A stretch of DNA of 64,000 nucleotides from Sphaerodactylus townsendi (Eukaryota), in assembly GCF_021028975.2 (NCBI RefSeq), contig NC_059425.1, positions 112,530,001 through 112,594,000 on the forward strand, read 5' to 3'. The notes under the pieces were generated by a model that made no database searches, was not told the origin of the DNA, and worked only from the letters and a program-made list of their open reading frames with translations. Shown one piece after another: positions 40,330 through 53,243 of the stretch (within the stretch, counting starts at the first letter, position 1; the number at the start of each line of letters is the position of its first letter). Made by a program: the position numbers and the translations under genes.

Positions 40330-41849
40330 AGCGGCTTTTGCCTCTTGTGCAAGTTGTCTTAGTAGTGGGGGCCTAGGCAAACCTCGCAGGAGTGCTTCCC
40401 AAATTCTTACATTTTGCCCTGTTGCACCTGCCTGGGTTAAACTCCCAGCAAATCCTGGCGTATGAACCCTCCTCCGGAAATTAATGGGCCGCTTCTTAAA
40501 AGCGAGTGGCCTTGGGGGCGGCAAATGGCTCAGAACTTAACATCGCCCCATATGCTTCCTGGATTTAACTTTGTCCCATCGAAAGCATCACTGTATCATC
40601 CTGATGCATCTTGGCGAAAACTCCTCGTCAGAATCCTCAGAGCCGCCGCGAGAGTCCCCCCCTATAAGGCGAAAGCCCGTGAGCATCGCTACACTGGTGG
40701 GTCGTGAAAGGTGCCAGGCCCTTAGCGGTAAGTTAAGCTTCAAAGTCCAATGCCAGTGTATTCCCCAAAACCCAGTGTAAATTCAGTTCATTATCAGAAG
40801 GTCCTCTCCACCCGCTTAACCTTGGGGCCGGTGGAGGAGGATCCCGTGACACTCTGAAGAGGGCGCGCTTGGGCGGATAAATTTAAAAATATCCTCCACA
40901 TAATACTCAAGGAGGGCCCTATCCTTCAGCTTTCTTACGGGTGAGGTGTGTTTTTTCCTGGGGATGCTTTGGTGGGGCTTGGCACTCACTAAAGGGGACT
41001 GGTGGGGGTGGGGCTCCCTCATGGGAAGCCCAGGCTAAGCGGTCCCTGCATCAGCTTGGTAGGCCTGGGGAAGTGATGGGATGGCTTCGCCGTGATCCTC
41101 CCAAAATGTTCCTTCCTCGAGGAGAGAGTCCTCATCCTAGAGAGTACTCACTCAGGAGGAAGACGATGGAGAACGCCACCGAGATGCATGCCTCGGGCGG
41201 TAGATCCCTTTCCTTGGCTTCCTGCGCTGGCGGTCCCGGCTGGACCCTTCGCCCTCTTCCGCCGATGATGGGCTCGCGGCCTCCTCCTCTTCTTCCTGTG
41301 AAAAGGCCTCCTCCCCCTGGTCCCCTGCTGGCTGAGACGGGCCTGCCGATGTAGTTGCAAAAGAGGCCACCGCCCCATTGGCTGAAGAGCCCCTGGCCAA
41401 CCTCGCAAATGTGTTCGCCAGGTCATTGAAAATTTGGGCACTGAGATCTGAAACCCCAGGTTGGATCCCAGGGGGGGGGGGGCTGGTGCTGCTCCCTGCA
41501 CCGCCTGTCTATTCACCGGGGTTGTTGCCATCCGCCTCCGGGCTTCTGAAGTTCTAGTGGCTGCCCCTTGAGAGCGCTTGGGCCGGGCAACATGAGATGA
41601 AGAACTGGGTTGCCCAGCCCTGGCCCCTGCTGGGGAATCTAGGTCGCGCCATGCAGGCGCCTTCCCCGCCGTTGCACGCCGGGGCCTGCTAGTTACAGGG
41701 GGCTCCCTAGGAGCTCCCTGGGAGGGGCCCGGGTGTGCTCTGCTGGAACCCGACCCACGAGAGGCTGTAACTCTCACTTTGGGGGCTTGTTTAGCTCGGC
41801 CCTGGTCCTCGCTCGGGGTTTTTCTTTTATCTCCCTTAGCGGGTGCCAT
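40330..41849 (-). pseudogene. Ngaro copy 2 gag-like ORF (frameshifted in assembly)
   Basis: ATG at 41849 MAPAKGDKRK; later LKDRALLEYYVEDIFKFIRP. Confidence 0.7.
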
Positions 41850-42839
41850 GATGAATCGAACAGCGGAGTAATGAGAGTAATGAGTTGTAAAACTGTAGAA
41901 CTGTAATGGGAATAGTGTGGTGACCCCCTACCACTGGGAGAAACAACCCAAGCGTCGAATAGCTACTCAGCCAGCTGGACAGGAATGGAAATGGAGATCC
42001 CCAAAACAAGGCAAAAACGTTAGTAAGTAGCTGAGATTACTGTAAAGAGTGTGCGGCCAACCCCTGTTGCCCTTGGCCCGCCAACTCTAACTCGTGGACT
42101 GTGGGGTTTTCCTCTTCCCCCAGCCGACCTGATCAAAACAACAAACCGGAGGAGGGGGTTGGGCCAGAGAGAGTTCTGAGAGGACTGTGACCGGCCTGAA
42201 GCCACCCCACCTGCTCAATGGGGGTGGGGGGTGGGGCAATGATTAAACCCCCCCCATACCAAGTCTGCCACCCACCTGAGGAGTGGGGAATCAACCCTTT
42301 GCACAGGGATAAAAGACACCGCTCCCCCGCGGCAACGTTAAATGGGGGGGAGGGGGTTGGTGAGCAAAATGGGGGGGTGCCATGTGCAGTCCCAGCCGCC
42401 ATGCTTGCTGGGTTCCCCCCCCCCACGCAGGCCTGGTGCCATGGCCGCCTGTTCTCGGCAGGCTCCATGACCGCTGCGGAGGTCCTGCGGTGAGAAGGGG
42501 GGGCAGAAGGCCCGTCGCCCCCCCACGGCACCGCGGCCGTTCCGGTTCCCACCCGCCGCGGAGGTCCCGCTGCGGAGATCCCGCATTAAGAAATGGGGGG
42601 GGGAGCAAGGAGGCCCGTCGCCCCTCCAAGGGCATCGCGGTGTTGCTGATAAGAGGAAGGGGGGGCAGAACGCCCGCCGCCCCCGCTAAGGCGTCGCAGC
42701 CGGTCCCGGACCTAAGGGCTTCGCTCCCTCCCCCCACCATACCCAAACAGATCCTCGCTCTCTTCAAAATCCCTCGGCGTTCCTGCTGCGAAAATCCCTC
42801 GGCGTTCCTGCTGCGGAGTGGGGCCGGCGACCACGAGGC

Positions 42840-43076
42840 AGGGCCTTTTATAGGCCCAGCCTCTCGCCCCCTCCGCAGGCGTGCTCTCGCGTATCGCGAG
42901 AGCACGCCTCCAATCAGCTGGGCCCCCCCTGCGCTTGTGCAGGGTGAGCCCGAGCTGCCCGGCCCTCTGCGCATGCGCGGGACGGCCGCGCATGCGCAAA
43001 CGGGCCTGGAGCCTTTGCCGGGCCCCTCGCCCTCCCGCAATGGCGGCCGCGTTTTAGTCGCGGCCGCGCTTTATCA
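42840..43076 (-). promoter_or_regulatory. CpG-island Pol II promoter in the 5' repeat of Ngaro copy 2
   Basis: On minus in order: YY1-like GCCGCCATT, two NRF1-like GCGCATGCGC, inverted CCAAT (ATTGG), TCTCGCG palindrome, TATAAAAG at about 42845-42852. Confidence 0.7.
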
Positions 43077-43453
43077 TTCTGGGGGAGATATGATTCGGTG
43101 TTGCACATGGATGGAGTTTTGTTTTGTGTGTGTGGGGGGGTTGTTTTTGTTTTTGTTTGGTCTTGACTCCTCTGTTTGGATAGGAGACACACTCAAGTAA
43201 ACCCAGGAGAAGCATGCTGATGTAATGCTAGAAGCAATTCACTTCTGTTGTGTGATATATGAGCAAAAATGAATCTAGTAACCTAACATCCTTCCCCCCC
43301 CCCTCAAGCACTTATCCGCTATTTGAAACTATTTGTTTCAGTGTTTTCCTCCTGCATTTCCACTTCCAGTCAGCCACAAGAAAGCGCAACAAGACCCCGC
43401 CATTTGATTTATTTTAATACATAACAGAGCATGAACATCTTGGATTATTATTG

Positions 43454-43530
43454 TTTCAGATAGAAAGATTTTAAACAGTACAAGATTTTAAACAGTACAG
43501 TTTCAGATAGAAAGATTTTAAACAGTACAA
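43454..43530. repeat. Local tandem duplication (tttcagatagaaagattttaaacagtaca twice plus a partial copy)
   Basis: Direct reading. Confidence 0.85.
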
Positions 43531-43764
43531 AATACCCCAGCAGCCGAGGGATAAATTTGCTGTGTTATCTGCATGTATTGATTACTTCCCCTTAGTCCAT
43601 TTCACAACCCAATGGAAAATTCGGGAGTTATGTGTTACCTAATCAAATTGATTGACCTGTCCTGCAAAGAGTAGATGACAGCTTGTAACTGAATTGCTTT
43701 ATGCTCATTTCATGATATGAACAATTTATTTATTCACCTATTTCTTTATCTAATTAAAACATAT

Positions 43765-43985
43765 TTATTTTATTTTTATTTTACTTTATTTATGTCCCAT
43801 CTTTTCCCCCAATGGCGACCCAAAGTGGCTTTTATCATTCTCTTGTCCTCCATTCTATCCTGATAAAAGCCCTGTGTGGTAGGATAGGCTAAGAGTGTAT
43901 GAGTGGCCCAAGATTACCCAGCAAGCTTCCAAAGCAGAGATGAGATTTGAACCAAGGTCTCCCATGGGAACTATTACACAATACT
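43765..43985 (-). mobile_element. Squam3-like SINE
   Basis: Same body as 2030-2222 (tggcccaagattacccagcaagcttcc, gagatttgaacc). Confidence 0.7.
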
Positions 43986-46900
43986 AACTTTGTGTGTATG
44001 CTATTTTTAGCAGACCTGTCCAAGAGAGCTCACATAATATCATAAACATAAAATTCTTAACTGCATCACAGAAGCATATAAAACCATAGAACCTTTGAAA
44101 GATATAAAAGGCCAGTAGCATAAGACTATTGCAACTCCATCCCTAAGGCAAGTTATATTCAGAATTCTAAGTCCATTTATATCAGTGACCTTAGAAGGGC
44201 ATTACTTTGTTTAAGATGGCAATGCTAGCAGCCTAAATTATTGTTATGACACTCTTCAGGCTTAAGGATCAAGCCACTAGTTAAAAGACTAGATTTTTTT
44301 TTTAAAAAAAATGCCAATAGTCCCTCTAACTGTGGCAGGGAACTGCGTGGAAATTCCCTACCACTAAGTGGCACAGATCCACCAACAAGAGCTCTGCGAG
44401 AGCTCCCCCTTCGGACAGCTGCTTGATCTCTATGGTACCAATACGATGTCTGCGTGGTTGTACAACTTACAGGAAACATTGAACCTGGCTTCTATAAGAG
44501 CAGTCACAAAGCAAGTCTCAAGGGGAGGGCATGCCACTGGCAAGCTGCCACCACTGATAAGCCCTGTCTGTCATCACCATCTGTCTCAGTTTTACAAGCA
44601 GAGGTCAGAGAGAGGGGATAGTGAGCAGGATGTCAAATGGAGAGCTGGGCAGTTCAGGAGGAGGCCGTCTTTCAGGTACACTGCCCCAAAACTTTTTAGG
44701 AGCTTAAATGCAACACTTTAATTGCACCTGGAAATACATGGACTAGCAGTGCAGATGTTTCCAGAAAGGGGTGATATGATCCCTAAACAAATGAAAAAAA
44801 AAAGACATATTCTTGTCAGCAGCTACTTTTGCCCTAGGATCATTTTGATACAGGAATGATCTATTAGCAGCCAGGGAGCCAGAGAAACTACTGGGAGGCA
44901 GATCTGACTCAAAAGCACTAGACCTCACATAAATAAAATTCCATCCCCCCCCCCCCCATCTTGTTAAGGCTAACTACATGAGTTAAGAACCACTGCAGAT
45001 GTTAGCAACAAGAGAAGTCTATTCCCATACTGGTCACCATGAGTCAGAAGTGACTTGACAGCACTTAGCACACGCATTAGCATACTACTTCTAATGTGAA
45101 AAACAGCATATATTGACACAGATAGTGGTGCATAATTATCACTCAGGCTTTTCCATTAATGGCATTTATTCCTGGGTCTCCAGAAGTGTTGTAGTAGCCC
45201 ATGAAGTAGCAAATAATTCTAACGGATAGTGTTAAAAGGCAGAATTCTCTGCCCGAGCCTCAAAAAGGTATATAAGATAATTGTGTGCGTATGTAACATA
45301 AATATTTAAATGGATTGTATGGTATATATATATATAATGTTTCTAATCTAAGTTGAAGAACATTTACTAGCACAGGTTTTCCCCAAAGATAGTGGGATTC
45401 ATGTTGGTATTTGCAAGTGTCTGTCACAATTCAGACATGAAGGGGTCAGCTGTGTGCATGCTAATTAGCTAGTGAGGTCAGAATTTCATGGCCAGTCCAT
45501 TGATTAGGCTATTGGTCAGCTAGCCCCGGCATTATCTATGTGGGACTAGTCATGTTCACAGAAAGTTATAAAAGTAAAGTATGTTTCTTTGTTCACATCA
45601 CACACGGTTGAAACCTTTTCCTTTGCTGGATTGGCACCATGTAACCAAGTTAGTGCTAGAACAGAAAGTTGTTCTTTATTTTCTTCCATGTAACCCTTTC
45701 TAATAGTTAGTAAACTCATTTATATAAAACCAGCAACTGCATATTGGTCTCTTTAATGCCGCTCTGCTAAATATATTAAGTTAAACAATCAATCATTCAG
45801 CCGTCAGTTGAACAATAAGACATCTGCACACTATTTTTCAGTTCCCTTCTACTTAAAAGTTCAGAATGAAGGGGAAAAGGATAATATGTGAAAATCTTAG
45901 CCCACCACTACCAGACTGGTGCCGTATCCCTCATGGCTAGGATCAAGCCAGGCTGGGCTGGGTGACTGCATCCGGGAGGTAATAAATCTTTGATGTAGCA
46001 ATGGGCAGGCAAATAGTCAGCTAGATAGAAACGTAAGCTTAGTGACCCCTCTGTCCTTTTGTGTCACCTCTTGTCTGTCCTTAGACTGACACCCTCAGGT
46101 CTAATATCCTGCTTCTCATAAGTTAGTTACAGGGACTCTTTGTAGCTACCAAGATTGCAGCATGCTACCTTTCCCTCTTTCCTATCCTAAATGTAGTTCC
46201 TAATAAACATTTACCTCTTATCATTTTAATCAGTGTGTTAGCTGCTTCACTTTGTGATGAAATCCAACATTAAATGCTTCTCTGAGAGAGGGTATAGTTA
46301 CAACTCTTTTGAAAGAAGCAGTTGTGAGCCCTATGAGAAACTAGCAGAGCTCTGGATGTGGAATCTGTGTAAAGATGAACATTTTACCCAAGCCCATGTG
46401 AAAAGACCACCTCTTTGATCTGGAGGCCCCTTCTGTCAAGTCTTTGTTCATCTTTTATAAATCATAGGATTGAGCTGAATGAAGTCTGGAACAGATTATT
46501 TATGTATTTATATCCCACATTTTTATACTCCATATTCAAGGTGGCTTACAAAATACAATAACGTACTATACAATACAATAACCCAGTACAGTAAAATCTA
46601 CCATTTTCCATCTCATTGTTCCTGCCTCATGAGCCAGCTCTTAACTTACCCCAGGCATTTTTCTTAACACTCAGCATTCTTGACATAGGCTCCTTGGCTT
46701 ACCTCTTGGCCTGCCCTTAGATTGAAAATCCTGTGCTGCAGTTACGTATCATTTGATTTCCTTGGTTCTTCCTAGGTCTTTATGTTGACCCTGTCCTAGT
46801 AATCTGTTTGAGTCAGAACCTGACTTCTGGGATTCATATTTCTTGGACACCACATGCTTCATTGCCTGCAGCCCAATACTGAGTTGAAAAAGACACTTTG

Positions 46901-49900
46901 TATGATAGTAAATTTTTTTGCATTATTTAACACATTATATTAATACTTAGGTTTTGCTTCAATTCTGTTTTCAGATTTCTGGTTGATTCCAGATGTCTAC
47001 AACCCAATTTTTATTGCATTGTCTGTTGGATTTCCCATCATGTTGATTGTATTGACTTACTCTATGTAATCTACCTTGAAAAAGGTGGAATATAAAGAAT
47101 ATAAATTAAATTAAATTTCTGGGGTCTCCCTTCCATCAAGAACAGCATTTTGAGAAATCTGGGGCTGCTACAGACATGGGGAGATTGGCAAAAGTACCCT
47201 CCTTCTTCCAGTGGCATAGCGCCAACGGGCCAGGAGGGTGCAATGCCCCAGGCGTGCACTGGTGCAAGGGGATGGCAGGGCACAAAGGGGCAGGGGTGCA
47301 GGGGTGCAGGGTGCATGCTCCACCCCTGCCTTCTTCTTATGCCTAGGTACGATCCAAGAAACACAGAAGCCAATAAAGAAGTACCTCAAAGCAGATTTAA
47401 AGGGGGAAACAATTTTTTTAAGTGATCAGTGCATCAATATATACCCTATAATAAATATATATTAAGTATATAGATATATGTATATATATTGTATTAAAAA
47501 TACAAAATGCATAAGAATTGGCCTATGAACATGCAAGTACAGGTTCTCGTAAAGAAGCAAGCCAAGCCAATTTTTTTTGAGGAAGACTAAGGTGATCCCT
47601 AGCAAAATGATCAAAATGGAACAAACAGCAGACACTGGACCATAGAACCAGTAGTTCTGCTCTGTAAGCTCCATGCAGTCAGAGAAACCAATATACACTC
47701 ATAAGGATTGTTGCACAGTTCCCTCATAATGCTAAATATTTCCAGCATATTCTGGAAAAGCTTCCCTCAATCAAAGGAATTTGGCAGCCCTCATTGAGCA
47801 TACAGATGGGGAAGCTCTCAGTTCAGTGAAGCTCAGGGGATGACTAGCAATTGCAACCACAACTGTTTTTAAATATCATAAAGATATCTCAGGTATTGAG
47901 ATTATATGTGGGAAGACTTTCCTGACATGTTCGTAAGTGAAATTACATCTGTGCAGGGATTCAGTTCAAGTTAGGACTACAAGGGTGGGAAATGGGAAAT
48001 AGTTTTCATCTACACACAGTTTTGGAGGATTCCCTATGCTGTAGGGAAACTCTGACTTAAAAGGGAAACTAGTAAAAGATGGATACCTATCTTTTTTCTT
48101 TTAAAGTATCTACTAATAGCGCATGGTAGTGGTGGTTTCCATTATCCAACCTGTGTAGGATACAGTGGCTAAATTCTATCTTTCCTGGCTCTGATCTAAA
48201 TTGGGAATGCCACCGTAAACTGTTTAACATTGACACATTTGTAATCATGCTTTAAAAAATGAACAGATATTTGGGATATCTGTTTAGTTTGTCCCCGTGA
48301 ATGGCTATTTTGGGCTAACAGGAGTCTAACCATGTAATTAGTCTGCTTCTCTCACTAACTCTTTTCAAATCTTTTCCATCTTTTTCATAATTACTGTGTT
48401 AACGTTAAAAAAGTATCTTGCCAACAGAGCTGGTAATGTAAGTATATTTGTTGGTCAAGAGAAATATTCAAATGCTGGGCAGTTTAAGGGTGAGAGTACT
48501 GGATGCATAGGGGGAATTGAGCTTCCACTGAATTCCTAGTAGCAAATTAGGTGAAGATGTAGCATGAGACTTTAGCCTTCCTCAGCTCCAAGGCCAGTTC
48601 ACCCAAATGGTTACACAGGGTGCCAAATCAGCAGGGGACATTATGGGGACGTTAGAGCTGTGACATTCCTGTCATGGCTTCACAGACTGGTTGAAGCAGG
48701 TTGTCGTGCCTTCTGCTGTCCCTTGGAGGCCTGAATAGGCCACTTGTGCTGGCACCAGCCCTTGGAGTCAGTGGGAGTGCCTGACACCTTGGAGCTGGGT
48801 GGCAGTGGTTCAAATGGAGCATGCATGCTGCTTCCTATGTTGAGCTTCCATTGCTTGAGTTGGCAAATGCTGCCTGCTTTCTCCTTTTCCTGAAATGGCA
48901 TTTTTGTCCCATGACCAGCAGTAGAGCACACCGAAGGGGAAACGATAGTTCAGCAATGGTCACTGGGCAGAAAAAGGCACAGAAGAGAGAGGGGATCCCC
49001 CCCTCCCCACCCACTCCTTCACTTGATGGAATACCTGAAGAATCTGGATTGAATCCTGCCACCATGGGTAATTATGCACCATCACTAGTTGTGCCCTTAC
49101 AAAATTAGGCCCAAAGCGGGTTGCTTTATTACCATCTAGACAGACTGGAAGATATCTCTTGTGTCGTTGGGATGACTGCCAAGTAATGACATGGCTGAAT
49201 GTCATGGAAAGTAATATATCCATTGCTTGTATACTGGAAAGAGAGATAATGTAAAGCATTGTGGAGGTGGGGGTGTTTGTTCCATTAGCTCTGTCAATAA
49301 TAAGGCAACATAAAGTAGCATCAGATATACAGAATGAGAATTCAGATATTGAGCAGTTAACTACAGCCTCCTTACCTTTGACTTATGTGAGCATTACTTA
49401 AGTATATCATCAGCTCCTGCCCTTCAGATCTTGCAGAACTAAGCCTGACAGGACTGAAAGATGCTTTCCTTACAGAGACTCTTTCCAAGCCATTTAGCGT
49501 TCAGATTTCGTTCTTAAAGTTCATGTAACAAGCAGATTATAACAGTTATTCATTATCTTTAGAATTCAACCATGTGGCAATTTGATCCCACGCTAGGAAC
49601 CAACTCTAATTTCCTTCTTTCCCTCTGATTGATGGAGAAAGGGAGGGCAGAGAGAGGCCAGCAGGCGAGGGCAACTCTGATTGGTTAGGGAAGTGGGAGG
49701 GTATCCTCTTTCCCTGGCTTCAGCAGGGGAGGGAGGAGGAGAGAGAGGGGGAATATCCCTAAGGTACATGCTGGCAAAGATCCATGCTGCGAAAAAATGA
49801 ACGAGGGAGCCCACCCCACCCCCCAAAAAACAACACTGTGGAAAACTAGGGAATATTCTTTAAGCAACACCATGCATGGCTTGATGTACTGTCCCTGAAA

Positions 49901-51183
49901 CAGGACGAGCAGCCAGATTGCAATGTATCCCAGCTGTTCAGTTAATTAAAAAGTGTAGAGGTGCTAAGGATGAATTCATGTAGGATTTTTTTTACTTGCA
50001 GTATCAGATTACTTTAGTGATATGAAATATAGTTACTTTTCCAGTATGCATTCCTTTAAAATGCAAATGAACTGTGGTGAAAAAAGGCTTGTATCTGCTT
50101 ACATATCTTTTAAGAATCTGCAGAAAGCATACCAACCTATCAACTGTCTCCTAGGAAGTCACATAGCAGGTCCTTCTGAGCTAAATGTATGATGGATGAC
50201 TCAAAATGAGACTCAGGTGGGAAGTGTGAGCACTGCTGTGGAAGTAGCAGTGGGTATGGTGGAGATGAGGGACTGCGTGTGACTTGGCATTGCCTTTCCC
50301 TAGGCTGCTTGCTGCTGTCCCCACCCCCTTGCAACTCCTGCCCCTCTGTTGCATCATCACTTCTTCTCTTCCAAGGACTGGCAACTTCCAGTCTTTCCCC
50401 CTTCTCAGCTAAGTAACTCTGTTCTTAAAGGGACATCACAGTTCAGCCATGAATACAAAAAAGAAAAGCTATTGTGGGGGAGGACGTGGAAGTAAGCTCA
50501 GAAATACTGGATTTGATGCTCACCTCTGGCCTCCCCCCAAGTTGCTGCAAGTGGACTGTCCTCATGCAGTTTCCACCCACAGCCACCACAGCCTTTCTCT
50601 TTTGAGCTGGATCAAAAAAAGCTTTTCCATCATCAGGCACCCAGTCCATGAGTTGTATTCAGAAAGAACTCAACAGTGTTACAAAGCAGCCCAAAAATGT
50701 GGGGGCAACTAACTGTCCACGGGGGGGGGGGGGGGTGCCACTTGTGGAAGGAGCCTGCTTCACAATTCCAAAACAGCACCCTGTGATCTAAAGCTGCACC
50801 ATTACAAAACAGTCTATTTAGCCTTTGTTCTGTGGTTACAGTAGCACATTCAGCAGCCAAAACCCTTTCTATTACAAAAAAGGGGTTTTCTGGGCTTTGA
50901 TAATGTATCCAGATAATCATTGAAAACAGAGTTGTAATCTCCTACATATGGTCTACAATCACCATGGAGCAGAACTGAAAACATGTCACTTCACCGTGCC
51001 AGCAAAAGACAAGTGCAATTTTGTTTTAAAGTTATTGATTTTCTGGTGCTTATTTTCAAGACTATCACATAAGCTATTTGCAGGTACAGTTTCTTTTGTG
51101 AGATGGGACAGTATAATAGTACATGCTTTGCTCAGTGTATAGACATAACTTTTATTTCCTATGCTGCTCTGATCTGCCCTGTT

Positions 51184-51390
51184 AGGGTTGCAAACTCTGG
51201 GTTGGCAAATTCCTGAATATTTGGGGGTGGAGCCTGGAGATGGCACAGTTTCTGGAGGACAGGAACCTTAGCAGAGTATAATGTAGTCCACCCTAAGGTC
51301 ATTTTCTCCAAGGTAACTGATCTCTCTAGTTGGGAGATCTGACGTAATTCTGGGAGATCTCCAGGTCCTGCCTGGAGGTTGGCAACTGTA
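51184..51390. mobile_element. AGGGTTGCCA-type short repeat/MITE (related copies near 17086-17840 and 22574-22775)
   Basis: Ends agggttgcaaact...ggttggcaactgta; shared internal blocks. Confidence 0.6.
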
Positions 51391-51584
51391 CTCTTTATTG
51401 TTGTCATTTCCTCCTCCCCCCCAATCAACACTACTCAGCAGTGTTATGGTTCCTTTTAAAACTACCTGTATAACAGCAAGACTTATAAGAGGGCAGCAAG
51501 TTGGGTGCCTTTTATGCAAAGTTGATTAGAATTTTTTATTAAGATATTTAATGTTACTGGATTAATGGAATGGTTTATGCTGGG

Positions 51585-51820
51585 GGAAAGGAGTTGATAA
51601 TAAAACTGCAAAGATTGTCATGCCCTTATATAAAGCAGTGGTGCTTCAGTTCTGGTCACCACATCTCAAAAAGGATATTGAAGAGATAGAAAAAATGCAG
51701 AGAAGGGCAATGAAGATGATTGAGGGACTGGAACGCCTTCCTTATGAGGAGAGGCTGCAGCGTTTGGGACTCTTCAGTTTGGAGAGGAGACGTCTGAGGG
51801 CTCTTTCTTATGTTCTTATG
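51585..51820 (+). mobile_element. CR1 fragment with internal deletions
   Basis: MPLYKAVV/QFWSPHLKKDI...YEERLQRLGLFSLERRRLR joined directly to the (TTCTTATG)2 tail. Confidence 0.85.
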
Positions 51821-51963
51821 TTGAAACTTCTGTATTGCCTTTGATTGTTATATTTTAGTTGTAAGCTCCCCTGAGCCTGGCTTTTGCCAGGAAAGGTATG
51901 AAACATAAATCTAATGAAATAAAATAAAAATAAAAAATAAACACCAAACCAAAAGAGATCCAA

Positions 51964-52100
51964 NNNNNNNNNNNNNNNNNNNNNNNNNNNNNNNNNNNNN
52001 NNNNNNNNNNNNNNNNNNNNNNNNNNNNNNNNNNNNNNNNNNNNNNNNNNNNNNNNNNNNNNNNNNNNNNNNNNNNNNNNNNNNNNNNNNNNNNNNNNNN
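51964..52100. other. Assembly gap (N run)
   Basis: 137 N. Confidence 1.
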
Positions 52101-52946
52101 CTCTGTTGAATCCAAGCCAATAGTGTCCTGGAGTTGTACTGCCAATGAACTCCAACACTTTGCCCCCAAAATGAATATTGGAGATTAGTAGAATGGGTTT
52201 TTTTTTTCAGGGGAGGGGGTCATAAATTCTTCATAGCAGTATCTTTTAAGATACTTCACAGATAAATTAAAGTGGGTCTGCAGAGGGCTGGTCAACCCAA
52301 TGCTGCCCATTTGCCCATATTAAGCCTTTATTAAAAAAATAGGATAAATTTATCCAGGCCTGTTGGCAGCCTTGCTAGCAAGTTAGACCAACCAGTCTGC
52401 TTTTGTTAGCAAGTGTTAAATACCCATTTTTTAACTTTAGTTCTGTTCAGTAAGTCTGATCAGCTACAGAAGACTTTGCTCACCATTGAAAATCTTATCT
52501 TCTCACAATATGGTATCAAAATATCCTGCTGTTGCCAGACTGACCTATGGCAGGTGGGGGGGACTCTGTTTTAAGACAATGACGCCTCTCCCCATCCTGC
52601 CAACTTTAGCAGTGCAGTGCCAAAATGGAAAACCCATTCTCTGCAGTGGCTAGTGTACCCACAAGGATGCAGTAAGAGCTTGTATGAACTTGCACTCGCC
52701 AAAACAGCCATGCAAAATGCCATTCTCACACCCTCCCTGAAGGGATTAAGTGAACACAGTACCCTTGCCCTGGAGAGCATTCCCATCTCCGGCCCTGGAC
52801 TATACACCTTGTAAGGACAAAAGATTTGTGAATGTTTCTGCCCCAAGTGTTGCTGCCAGCATTGTATTAACCTGAGAACTTCTTCCTCTGACTAACCTTT
52901 CATTAATGACTGCCTCATATGCATTGTCATTGTTCTATAGCTGTAA

Positions 52947-53243
52947 TTCTGCTGCTCCAGAGACTAGGACACGGAGTAATGGATTCAAGGTGAAGGAAAA
53001 GAGATTCCATCTAAACATTAGGAAGAATTTCCTGACCGTCAGGGCTGTTTGACAATTTCCTGACCGTCGGGGCTGTTTGGAATTCACCGCCTCAGAGAAT
53101 TGTGGAGTCTCCTTCTTTGGAGGTTTTTAAACAGAGCCTGGATGAACATATGTCGGGAGTGCTTTGATTGTGTGTTCCTGCATTGCAGGGGGTTGGAGTT
53201 GATGGCCTTTGTGGTCTCTTTCAACTCTATGAGTCTATGATTC
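52947..53243 (+). mobile_element. CR1 3' fragment (second subfamily)
   Basis: gctgctccagagactaggac...aacattaggaagaatttcctgac; tail ctatgagtctatgattc. Confidence 0.85.

Larger units (their letters stand above)
36341..43078 (-). mobile_element. Ngaro-type tyrosine-recombinase retrotransposon, copy 2 (CpG-rich, many small indels)
   Basis: gag, RT (GVVPK..FRLIHH, SFDHA), RNase H, YR (LGAFRSGEIV, RHSKTDQ, HSFRIGAAS), hydrolase; plus-strand ATT at both boundaries. Confidence 0.92.

Noticed and set aside
42300-43080. CpG island as promoter of a host gene such as ECHDC1
   Set aside because: TATA context and terminus are shared with Ngaro copy 1; no ECHDC1 coding exon recognised in the window.
42291-43200. 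Long GC-rich ORFs (249 aa minus, 272 aa plus)
   Set aside because: Stop-poor by composition in the Ngaro promoter and leader; no recognisable domain and not conserved in copy 1.
45230-46302. Possible solo LTR (TG..CA candidates, TATA-like, AATAAA near 46202)
   Set aside because: No matching TSD or second copy found; boundaries unsupported.
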